This document shows, piece after piece, positions 56,175 through 64,000 of a DNA stretch of 64,000 nt. Below the pieces are notes generated by a model. It made no database searches. It saw nothing but the letters and a program-made list of their open reading frames with translations, and was not told the DNA's origin. The stretch comes from Phycisphaerae bacterium. GTDB taxonomy: Bacteria > Planctomycetota > Phycisphaerae > SM23-33. Positions within the stretch are counted from its first letter, which is position 1. Each line of letters starts with the position of its first letter. The stretch lies in the NCBI GenBank assembly GCA_009783465.1, contig WRDM01000006.1, positions 27,197 through 91,196 of the forward strand, written 5' to 3'. Made by a program: the position numbers and the translations under genes.

Positions 56175-56254
56175 TTTTTTTGCCACAGAGACACAGAGGA
56201 CGCAGAGATTCTCTGTGTCACTCTCTGAGTTCTCTGTGCCTCTGTGGTAAAAAA
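56175..56254. repeat. Word-type hairpin ccacagagacacagagg / cctctgtgcctctgtgg flanked by a T-run (5') and an A-run (3')
   Basis: The IR is seen directly. The flanking runs are in the opposite order to a canonical terminator on both strands. Confidence 0.75.
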
Positions 56255-56271
56255 CGCAACGAGGAAAACCG

Positions 56272-57522
56272 ATGCCCGCCGTTATCGAAGCTTTGAACGT
56301 GACGAAAACTTTCCGCGACTTCTGGCTGCGCGAGAAGGTCACCGCCGTCAATGCGCTGGACCTGACCGTCGAGCCGAGGCAAGTGTTTGGCCTGCTCGGT
56401 CCCAACGGGTCGGGAAAGAGCACGACCATCAAGATGATGCTCGGCCTGCTGTTTCCCACGCGCGGACGCATCAGCGTGTTCGGCAAGCTGCCCACGGACG
56501 TGGCCGTCAAAAACCGCATCGGCTTTCTGCCGGAGGAATCGTACCTCTATCCGTTCCTGGACGCCCGCGAGACGCTGGATTATTACGGACGGCTGTTTCA
56601 TCTGCCGCGAGCCGACCGCCGCCGCCGCATCGAGATGCTGCTGGAAATGGTCGGGCTTTCGAGCGTGGCGTACCGCCGCGTGGGCGAGTATTCCAAGGGC
56701 ATGCAGCGGCGGATCGGGCTGGCGCAGGCGCTGATCAACGATCCCGACCTGCTGATTCTCGACGAGCCGACCAGCGGCATGGATCCGATCGGCACGCGGC
56801 AGTTCAAGGATTTGATTCAGACGCTGGCCCTTCGCGGCAAGACGATCGTGCTGTCGAGCCACCTGCTCGGCGACGTCGAAGACGTGTGCGACCAGGTGTG
56901 CATCCTCTACGGCGGGCGGAAGCGGGCGCTGGGGCGGGTCGACGAACTGCTGGCCAAGACCGACGCGATGGAACTCACCGTCGACACGATCGACGAGGCG
57001 ACGATGGCGCAGATCGAAGCGGTGTTGGCCAAGCAGGGCAAGGCCGTCCGCGGCGTCAAGCCGCCTCGTGACCGGCTGGAAGATCTGTTCCTGCGGATCG
57101 TTCGCGAGGCGCAGGCGCAGAAGGTGTCGACGGGCGGCGCGATGGCCGGCGGGGCGGTGGCGGAATTTTTGCGTGTCGGCGGCGGATCGCGGTCGGTGAT
57201 CGACGAGCTGGTCCAGTCGGCGGATTCCGACGCGCCGAAAACCGAGCCGGTGCACGTGTCGGCGGCGACGGAGTCGTCGTCGATTGAGCGGGATGTGTTG
57301 CGGCAGTTGGAAAACGCCGACACCGCGCCAGCGGAGGTATCTATCGTATCCACGAGCAAGCCTGCTACGGGAGATTCACGCGGGCAAGATGCCCGCGCCA
57401 CGTTGCCGGCGGCTTCGCCGTCCGCCAAGGCGCCCGCCAAGCCGGCGCCCGCGCCGCAGAAGGATGCCGACCGGTCCGTGATTGATTCGCTGCTGTCGCG
57501 TGACCAGGAGAAGGGCCAATGA
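56272..57522 (+). CDS. ABC transporter ATP-binding protein (ABC-2 subfamily) with a ~170-aa low-complexity tail
   Basis: GLLGPNGSGKST, YSKGMQRRIGLAQAL, LLILDEPTSGMD, VLSSHLL. The tail is rich in Ala/Pro/Ser. Confidence 0.85.
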   Translation: MPAVIEALNVTKTFRDFWLREKVTAVNALDLTVEPRQVFGLLGPNGSGKSTTIKMMLGLLFPTRGRISVFGKLPTDVAVKNRIGFLPEESYLYPFLDARETLDYYGRLFHLPRADRRRRIEMLLEMVGLSSVAYRRVGEYSKGMQRRIGLAQALINDPDLLILDEPTSGMDPIGTRQFKDLIQTLALRGKTIVLSSHLLGDVEDVCDQVCILYGGRKRALGRVDELLAKTDAMELTVDTIDEATMAQIEAVLAKQGKAVRGVKPPRDRLEDLFLRIVREAQAQKVSTGGAMAGGAVAEFLRVGGGSRSVIDELVQSADSDAPKTEPVHVSAATESSSIERDVLRQLENADTAPAEVSIVSTSKPATGDSRGQDARATLPAASPSAKAPAKPAPAPQKDADRSVIDSLLSRDQEKGQ

Positions 57523-59489
57523 CCAACGTCTGGGCCGTCACGAGAGCGACGTTCATCCAAAGCCTCCGCTCCAAGGTCGGGCTGGCGGCGATGATTCTGT
57601 TGGCCGTCCTGCTGCTGGCGGCGCCGATGATGGTCAACAACGGCGCCGCTCCGCTGGCCGACCGCATCCGCACGTTTCTCTCCTACAGCCTCGGACTTAC
57701 GGGCGTCATCCTGGCCGTCATCACGATTTTCCTCGGCACGACCTTTCTCTGCGCCGACGTGCGGCAGAAACAGATTTTCATCCTCGCCGCCAAGCCCGTG
57801 GCCCGGTGGCAGTATGTTGTGGGACGCTGGCTGGGCGTCGTCCTGTTGAACGTGGTGCTGCTGGCGATCGCCGGCGCCGGCGTGTACGCGGGAGCGCAAT
57901 ACCTCCGCAGCCAGCCGGCCCTGAGCCCCACCGACCGCCGCGCCGTCGAGACGGAAGTGTTCACCGCCCGTCGGCAGATCGCGCCCGATTTCTCTCGCGA
58001 CGACGAGTACGTCCTTGCCACCATCGAAGGCGAGATCGAGCGGCTCCGCAGGGAGCACGCGCTGGAGGACGTGATTGCCGGCTATCTGCCTCGCGCGGGC
58101 GGAAACCGCGAGGAGGCGTTCAACCTCGTCAAGCAGGAACTCGCGAAGATGGCGCAGGACTCGAAGCAGTCCTTCCGGCCTGGCGGGGGCAGGGCGTATG
58201 TTTTCCGCGACGTCCAGGTTGCAGGGATGACCCGCACGGCGTCGGCGACGGTGGACAAGCTCGCCGCCGAAGAACGCACGCTGTTCCTGGAGATTTCCGA
58301 CTCGCTGGCCTCCGAACTGCTGCCGGGCAGGCCCGTGAATGTCAACGGGGCGCTGTCGCGCGTGCAGGAGGTGGTCGACAAGGGCGTGGTCCGTTCCGCG
58401 CTGGCGATGGTGAATACCGCCGACACGGGCAAACGTCAATTGCTGCTGGAGGCCCCCGCGCATGTGCTCGCGGAGTTCAAGCCGGACATGACGGTGAACA
58501 TCCAGGAGGCCCCGTCGCGCGTGGTGAGCGTCGGCGGCACCCGGCTGCGGGTTGAGGTGGAGAAGGATTCGTTCGCCGACAAGGGCCTGGCCAATCTCAA
58601 GCGCGGCGACTACGTGGCGGTGGCGGTGGAGTTGAATTACAGCCGGCTTGAGGTCGAGGTGACGGAGTCGGCGTTTTTCAGCCAGGGGCTTGGCCGCCTC
58701 AGGGAAGGCGACCGCGTGGAGATCGCGATGGAGCCGATGATGGAGCTGAGTTACAAGCTCACGGCCGGCTCGTCGGTGCCCAGCGGGCAGACCGTCAGGA
58801 GCCTGTGGGACATCGGGCCGTTGAATACCGAGAACAGTCAGCGGGTGTATGAACGGATTCCGCAGAATGACGTGCCCAGCCGGAACGTGCGTGTGCTCGC
58901 GTCAGGCCGGTGCGTGGACAACGAGGGCGCGGTCGTCGCGGTGTTCATTAACGTCAATACGGGCGAGGGCGGCGGGCCTGTCACGTCGATCACGATCGCG
59001 CCGGGTGACATTTCGCTGCTGTACCCGGTGGGGTCGTTCGGGCCGAACCTGGCCTGGGCGCTGGTCACGATATTGGTGCAGTTGGCGTTCATCGCGGCGG
59101 TGGGCGTGCTGACGGCGACGTTTTTGTCGTTCCCGGTGGCGGTGCTGACGTCGGGCGCGCTGGTGCTGTTCGCGCTCATGATGGGCTACATCACCGACGC
59201 GGTGGGCTTCATGCCTTCCGAAGGCGCCAACTACGGCATGAAGGGCATCGTCTGGCTGTTGTCGCTGGTGCTGCCGAATCTCAGTGATTTGTCGCCGGCC
59301 CAGGACATCGTCAACGGCGTGGAGGTGGCGACGTTCACGGGCGGCTGGCGAAACATGGCGATGCGTCCCGGCCTGGACACGTTCTGGCAGGCGATGAAAA
59401 CATTGCAAGCCCCGCTGTCGACGCTGATCGTGCTGGCGATCGGCTGTGCGATTTTCACGAAGCGGGAGCTGGCGAGAGTGCAGGTGTAA
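57519..59489 (+). CDS. ABC-2-like permease with a large insert between TM helices (656 aa)
   Basis: ATGA overlap with the ATPase gene. The N-terminus MTNVWAVTRATFIQSLRSKVG and the segment ADVRQKQIFILAAKPVARWQYVVGRW are ABC-2-like. A hydrophilic block of about 350 aa precedes the C-terminal TM bundle. Confidence 0.65.
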   Translation: MTNVWAVTRATFIQSLRSKVGLAAMILLAVLLLAAPMMVNNGAAPLADRIRTFLSYSLGLTGVILAVITIFLGTTFLCADVRQKQIFILAAKPVARWQYVVGRWLGVVLLNVVLLAIAGAGVYAGAQYLRSQPALSPTDRRAVETEVFTARRQIAPDFSRDDEYVLATIEGEIERLRREHALEDVIAGYLPRAGGNREEAFNLVKQELAKMAQDSKQSFRPGGGRAYVFRDVQVAGMTRTASATVDKLAAEERTLFLEISDSLASELLPGRPVNVNGALSRVQEVVDKGVVRSALAMVNTADTGKRQLLLEAPAHVLAEFKPDMTVNIQEAPSRVVSVGGTRLRVEVEKDSFADKGLANLKRGDYVAVAVELNYSRLEVEVTESAFFSQGLGRLREGDRVEIAMEPMMELSYKLTAGSSVPSGQTVRSLWDIGPLNTENSQRVYERIPQNDVPSRNVRVLASGRCVDNEGAVVAVFINVNTGEGGGPVTSITIAPGDISLLYPVGSFGPNLAWALVTILVQLAFIAAVGVLTATFLSFPVAVLTSGALVLFALMMGYITDAVGFMPSEGANYGMKGIVWLLSLVLPNLSDLSPAQDIVNGVEVATFTGGWRNMAMRPGLDTFWQAMKTLQAPLSTLIVLAIGCAIFTKRELARVQV

Positions 59490-59491
59490 CG

Positions 59492-59654
59492 GCAGCCAAC
59501 CAGCCACCAGCCACAAGCCACAAGGTAAGGAACGCACAGGGCGAAAAAGACAATGATAGCGGAAATAACGATGCCTGTGACAACATCAGGATCGGCTGAT
59601 ATAGCAACCGAACGACGAATACCTTGTGGCGTGTGGCTAGTGGCTTGTGGCTGG
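59492..59654 (-). repeat. Family A composite element, copy A7
   Basis: Arms gcagccaaccagccaccagccacaagccacaagg / ccttgtggcgtgtggctagtggcttgtggctgg. The core matches A4 (gatcctgatg...ggcatcgttatttccgctatcattgtcttt...cgttccttacc on the minus strand). Confidence 0.8.
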
Positions 59655-59666
59655 TTTGGAGAATAA

Positions 59667-61784
59667 ATGTCCATAAGCCCAACCAGACTTCGACAACTCG
59701 TATTCCTCGCCGCGGCTCTTGTGCTGCTGGGGTGCGGTTTTGCCATGCAGGGTTCGCTCAACGAGGTGACGGAGGCACACCAGATGGTGATGCCCGACAA
59801 CGTCGTTCAGGAGAATCATCCCGAGCTGGTGCTGCTGGAAACCATGCCCGGCGGGCTGCGGGCGATCGTGGTGAACTATCTCTGGATGCGGGCCGAGGAA
59901 CTCAAGCAGGAAGGGAAGTATCACGAAAGCCGGCAGCTGGCGGAGATGATCTGCAAGCTCATGCCCCGCCAGACTGGCGTGTGGGCGTATCACGCGTGGA
60001 ACAACGCGTTCAACATTTCCGTGGGCACGCACACGGCGGACGAACGGTGGGAGTGGGTCACCAGCGGCGTTCGGCTGCTGCGGGACAACGGCATTCGGTT
60101 CAATCCGCAGTCGCTGGAGCTGCACAAGGAACTGGGGTGGATTTTCTGGATGAAGATGGGCGGGCAGCTCGACGACATGCACAAGGAGTACAAGAGTCGC
60201 TGGGCGGGCGAGATGCAGTATCTGCTGGCCGCGCCGCCGCTGGGCGAGACGTCCGTTGTGGTCGACGCATTCGAGCCGATCGCGAAGGCGCGGATCATCA
60301 AGCCGTCAGAGAACAAGCTCGTCCAGCCGGGCGATTGGCTCGTTCAGCCGGGGCCTCTCGAAGAACTGCTCAAGGACGCCGACGTGGCGGCGCTGGCGAA
60401 GGCGTTGAAGGACGTGGGCGTCCACGTGCTCATCGCCAACGACACGGGCAAACGCGAGGAGGACTGGAAGGCCGAACTGGCCATGCGAAGCCCCGACATG
60501 CTGCCGCGGTCGTTCCTGTCGGCTTACTCTCGCTACAGCCTGGACCAGTCGATCCAGTCGGTCCGCCTCCAGCGCCCGCAGCTCAAGACCGAGCGCGCCC
60601 AGCGGGTGTCTGCCGTCATCAATGACGCCAGGTATGCCGATGGGCGGGCCAAGGCGCTGGCCTTCCTGCGGGCGCAGGTGCTCTGGAACGCCTACAAAAT
60701 GGACCCGTCGTGGATGCACGAGATGATGCAGGTCTACGGGCCTCTCGACTGGCGGAGCGTCCAGACGCACGCGCTGTATTGGATGACGTACGGCTTCCAC
60801 GCGTCCACCGGGCGGAACGTGGAGGAGATCGCCGGCAAAGTCGCCGCCGCCGAGGAATACAGCGCCCGCAAGCGGGACGAACGGGCCGGCGTCACGACGC
60901 TCAACAGCGACCGCGTCATGTTCAACGCGCTCAAGGATCTCACCTGGTTCGGCCGCGTGACGCTGCTGGAGGATCAACAATGGGTGACGGTGCCCGCCGA
61001 GTTCGACGCGCGCGGGCGCGTGATCGCGACGGTGCAGATCCTTCAGCCAGGCCCGTTGAGGCCGGAGTCGCCGGTGGTGCTGTACACCGCCGACGCGCGG
61101 TTCATCGAGCCGTTGAACAAACTGATGGATCACGTCATCCGCGAAGTGATCGCGATTGAAAACCAGGCGTACGAAGACAGCGTGTTCCGGGCCGGACATT
61201 TGAATTACATGGTGTCGGCCATGCGACTGCTGTACATGCTCGACCGGCCTCGCGAGGCGACGCGGCTGTACGAGGAGATGAAGGACAACTACAAACTTGG
61301 CGGCGACGGGGTGTGGGACAAGGACCTCGGCGACCTGCTGCGGGAGCGAATGTCCGCCGACGGCGGCAGGCCGATCACGTCCGAGGGCACCGCGCAGATC
61401 ACCGCCGGGCTGGTGACGTGGCTGATGTTGCAGGCGGTTTCGTACGATCAGGCCAGCCTGGACCGCTCGCAGGAGTTTCTGCAATGGGCCCTCGACGTGC
61501 ACACGGCGACGAATCTCGACACGAACGACCGCATCCGGCTGGCGCCGTTCGACGTCTTCGCGATGGTGGTCGCCCGCAACCTGTTGATCTCGCCCGAGGT
61601 GTACAGCATGCGGCTGGACATTCAGGACCGCGCCAAGCTCTGGCGAAGCCTGCCCGACGAGTGGCGGCTGCGGATCTACGACAGCCTGGTCGTCCCGCTG
61701 CGTGTGCAGTGCGCGCAGGAGAACGAGTCGTTCGAGACCAATTTCCGCGAACCGCCAGGCATGCGGGAGTTCCGGCAGCAGTAG
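59667..61784 (+). CDS. Hypothetical 705-aa N-terminally anchored, predominantly helical protein
   Basis: GGAGAA RBS. One N-terminal TM helix (LVFLAAALVLLGCGF). No family recognised by eye. Confidence 0.6.
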   Translation: MSISPTRLRQLVFLAAALVLLGCGFAMQGSLNEVTEAHQMVMPDNVVQENHPELVLLETMPGGLRAIVVNYLWMRAEELKQEGKYHESRQLAEMICKLMPRQTGVWAYHAWNNAFNISVGTHTADERWEWVTSGVRLLRDNGIRFNPQSLELHKELGWIFWMKMGGQLDDMHKEYKSRWAGEMQYLLAAPPLGETSVVVDAFEPIAKARIIKPSENKLVQPGDWLVQPGPLEELLKDADVAALAKALKDVGVHVLIANDTGKREEDWKAELAMRSPDMLPRSFLSAYSRYSLDQSIQSVRLQRPQLKTERAQRVSAVINDARYADGRAKALAFLRAQVLWNAYKMDPSWMHEMMQVYGPLDWRSVQTHALYWMTYGFHASTGRNVEEIAGKVAAAEEYSARKRDERAGVTTLNSDRVMFNALKDLTWFGRVTLLEDQQWVTVPAEFDARGRVIATVQILQPGPLRPESPVVLYTADARFIEPLNKLMDHVIREVIAIENQAYEDSVFRAGHLNYMVSAMRLLYMLDRPREATRLYEEMKDNYKLGGDGVWDKDLGDLLRERMSADGGRPITSEGTAQITAGLVTWLMLQAVSYDQASLDRSQEFLQWALDVHTATNLDTNDRIRLAPFDVFAMVVARNLLISPEVYSMRLDIQDRAKLWRSLPDEWRLRIYDSLVVPLRVQCAQENESFETNFREPPGMREFRQQ

Positions 61785-61787
61785 CGA

Positions 61788-62043
61788 GGGGCTTCCCTTC
61801 TCATGGCGTAGACGAAATATTCGTTCGAGGGAAGCAAGCCAGTAGCCAATAGCCAGTAGCCATCAGGTATGGCTGGGTTTGCTGTAAATTACACGATCCT
61901 GATTTGCGTTTTTCGCGTATCGATCCCCGCTTTCATTGCCTTTTCGCTCTTGTCGTTCCATACCTGTTGGCTACTGGCTATTGGCTACTGGCTTGTTACC
62001 CTCGAACGAGTTTCTCACTCGTGCCACGAGAAGGGAAAGCCCA
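61788..62043 (+). repeat. Family A composite element, copy A8 (~80-nt arms), between convergent genes
   Basis: gggcttcccttctc...cgttcgagggaagcaagccagtagccaatagccagtagcc / inverse. The core is near-collinear with A1. Confidence 0.85.
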
Positions 62044-62050
62044 TCCCGCG

Positions 62051-62773
62051 TCAGGCGATGTGTTGTCCGCCGTCGACGTAGAGCAGCAGGCCGGTGACGT
62101 AGGTGTTGTCGAGGAGGAACTCGGCGGCGGCGGCGATGTCTGCGACGTCGCCGGTTCGCCGGAGCGGGGTTTTGTCGGCGACGTGTTGCAGCCCTGCGTC
62201 GGTTCCGCCGGGCGGGGGCAGCACCGGGCCTGGGCAGATGCCGTTAACGCGGATGCGAGGCCCGAGTGACCGGGCGGCCATCTGGGTGAACTCCGCGAGC
62301 AGTTTTTTCGTCAGCGTGTACGCGAAGTACGCTCCGCCGGTGTGCGTGTGGGCGGCGTCGACGAGGTTGATGATGTGGCCGGGCCCGTCGCACTGGCGGG
62401 CGAAATCGCGTGAGAGGAGAAACGGCGCGCGGAAGTTGACGTCGAAGTGGCGGTCGAAAAAATCCTCCTCGGTCTGAAGGAATTCGCCGCGCTCGAAAAT
62501 GGCCGCGTTGTTCACCAGCAGCGACAACGGCCCCATCGCCTCCCGCGCCCGGCCGATCAACTCGCGAACCTCCGCCGCGTCACCCAGGTCGGCCCGCACC
62601 ACCTCGCACCGCCGCCCAAGCTGACGAATCTCCGCCGCCGTCGCCCGCGCGTCGGCCTCGGCGGCGCCGTAATGCAACACAACATCCCACCCACGACGCG
62701 CCACGCCCAGCGCAATTGCCTTACCCAACCGCCGGGCGGCGCCAGTGATTAACACGGTGTTGCTTGTTGTCAC
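62051..62773 (-). CDS. Short-chain dehydrogenase/reductase (pteridine-reductase-like)
   Basis: GTG 62773 lies 7 nt after GGAGG. TGAARRLG, NNAA and YxxxK (YTLTK) motifs. Confidence 0.75.
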   Translation of the reverse strand: MTTSNTVLITGAARRLGKAIALGVARRGWDVVLHYGAAEADARATAAEIRQLGRRCEVVRADLGDAAEVRELIGRAREAMGPLSLLVNNAAIFERGEFLQTEEDFFDRHFDVNFRAPFLLSRDFARQCDGPGHIINLVDAAHTHTGGAYFAYTLTKKLLAEFTQMAARSLGPRIRVNGICPGPVLPPPGGTDAGLQHVADKTPLRRTGDVADIAAAAEFLLDNTYVTGLLLYVDGGQHIA

Positions 62774-62931
62774 GGAGATCCTCCGTAGAAGTCTGTGTGC
62801 AAAAAAGTAACCCACCAGTTTGAGGATGCGTTCTCACACGCACTAGCCTTGGCGGGTTTTCTGACCATGAGTTTACGGCATAGCATCCCGATATGTAACA
62901 AAGTTTTTCAGGAAATTATCGACGTCTGGAA

Positions 62932-64000
62932 TCATGGCTCCAGTTCCACAACCGCCCATTCCAGCGAGCTGAAGAAGCTCAGCGGCGAGCCGGTCAGGCG
63001 GAGTTGCAGGCGGTCGGGGAGTTCGACGGAACGTTCGATGTCGGAGACGGTCAGGTCGATGCGAAAACGGCCTTTGGCGGCGAGCGTTTTGGTGGGGAAC
63101 TGTGACGCGGGCAGTTTGAACTCGATCACGTAGCCGGCGGCGGTGAGGCAGTAGGCGGCTTCGAGGGTTTTCGCAAACCGGTCGTCACCGCTGCCGGCGG
63201 AGACGGCGGCGGGGCCTGCGTTGCCTGGGCCTGGGCCGATTACGACTTGGCCGGCATTTTTCTCGCCGTAGACCTGGACGGGTTCGGGTTTGCCCGCCTC
63301 GGTTTGGCGGAGGTCGAGGTGGAACTCGATGCAATCGCCGTCCCACACGTTCGTGGTTTTGCTCCGCAGCAACGCCGGCGTGACGACCTCTACAGCCACA
63401 TACAGCCCCTCGTTGTCCCACGCCATTCTTGCCTTGGCGTTGGTCATGGTCAACGGGAGCGGAGACCAATGATACTGCCTATCCACCGTCTCCGGATCCC
63501 ATGGCCTTGGATGTCTCGGGGGTGGGCGGCTGCCCGAACTTCTGCTGTTGTGAATAATACCGGACACCTGTTGCGTTTTCGGGTTGTCCAGTTCGATCGT
63601 GACGGGGATGTCTTTCCAGTCGTCAAGATTTCCGTCGATCGTGATCGGTGTTTTGGTGCGGGGCACCTTGATGTGCAACCGTTCCAGCGGCACGACGGTG
63701 ACGTTCATTTTTCCCGGCGGCAGGGGCAGCGTGAATTTCACGTTTTTATTGGCGGCGATTTTTTTGGGGTCCATCGCGGACACCTGCGTGGCGCGGACGG
63801 TGATGCTCCACTCTGTGGTCGGCGGTTTTTTGGGGTGGTTTTCGTCGGCGTCGTGGAATTCGCCCAGCGCGTTGAGGCAGGCGGCGGCGTAGATCTGGTA
63901 GCCCAGTTCGTTCACGTGCACGGCATCGCCGCCAAAGTGGACGGTTTTCGGTGGGACGTCCCGCACGGCGTTGTACAGGTCCTGCGTCGGAATCAGCAGG
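62932..64000 (-). CDS. Partial CDS (N-terminus off-window): end of an SGNH/GDSL-type hydrolase domain plus a C-terminal carbohydrate-binding (CBM9-like) domain
   Basis: The frame is open to the window edge. GGDAVHVNELG resembles SGNH block V. DGNLDDWKD...AWDNEGLYVAVEV...DCIEFHLD resembles CBM9/DOMON-type modules. Confidence 0.4.
   Translation of the reverse strand, partial: LLIPTQDLYNAVRDVPPKTVHFGGDAVHVNELGYQIYAAACLNALGEFHDADENHPKKPPTTEWSITVRATQVSAMDPKKIAANKNVKFTLPLPPGKMNVTVVPLERLHIKVPRTKTPITIDGNLDDWKDIPVTIELDNPKTQQVSGIIHNSRSSGSRPPPRHPRPWDPETVDRQYHWSPLPLTMTNAKARMAWDNEGLYVAVEVVTPALLRSKTTNVWDGDCIEFHLDLRQTEAGKPEPVQVYGEKNAGQVVIGPGPGNAGPAAVSAGSGDDRFAKTLEAAYCLTAAGYVIEFKLPASQFPTKTLAAKGRFRIDLTVSDIERSVELPDRLQLRLTGSPLSFFSSLEWAVVELEP

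Overview
This is a high-G+C bacterial chromosome segment. PEP-CTERM anchors, a giant secreted protein with an LEQRLML-type N-terminus, a BatA-type N-terminal domain and 'word-like' hairpin repeats point to a Planctomycetota (Phycisphaerae-like) genome; this is inference only. I can support about 45 protein genes. Housekeeping genes include a UbiD-family decarboxylase, citramalate synthase, guaA, and a complete pstS-pstC-pstA-pstB-pstB-phoU locus. Envelope and secretome genes include four PEP-CTERM proteins, a 2834-aa beta-helix-like protein ending in a metzincin-type HExxHxxGxxH domain, GT2/GT4 glycosyltransferases, a SPOR lipoprotein and a PilZ protein. Also present are a low-G+C MNT/HEPN toxin-antitoxin pair, a P1B-type metal ATPase, and an eight-gene same-strand cluster (49.3-61.8 kb) combining three SPFH/band-7 paralogues with ABC-2 transporter parts. 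I saw no rRNA, tRNA or CRISPR. The most unusual non-coding signal is that almost every intergenic gap holds inverted-repeat elements from several recurring families, some nested inside one another, some inside operons, and some supplying the stop codon of the upstream gene. The best candidates for something undescribed are the SPFH/ABC-2 cluster, the complementary-degenerate pstB pair, the composite hairpin element families, and a promoter-to-terminator unit at 12.33-12.57 kb (minus strand) that has no convincing ORF. Every functional call rests on motif recognition by eye; no database search was run.
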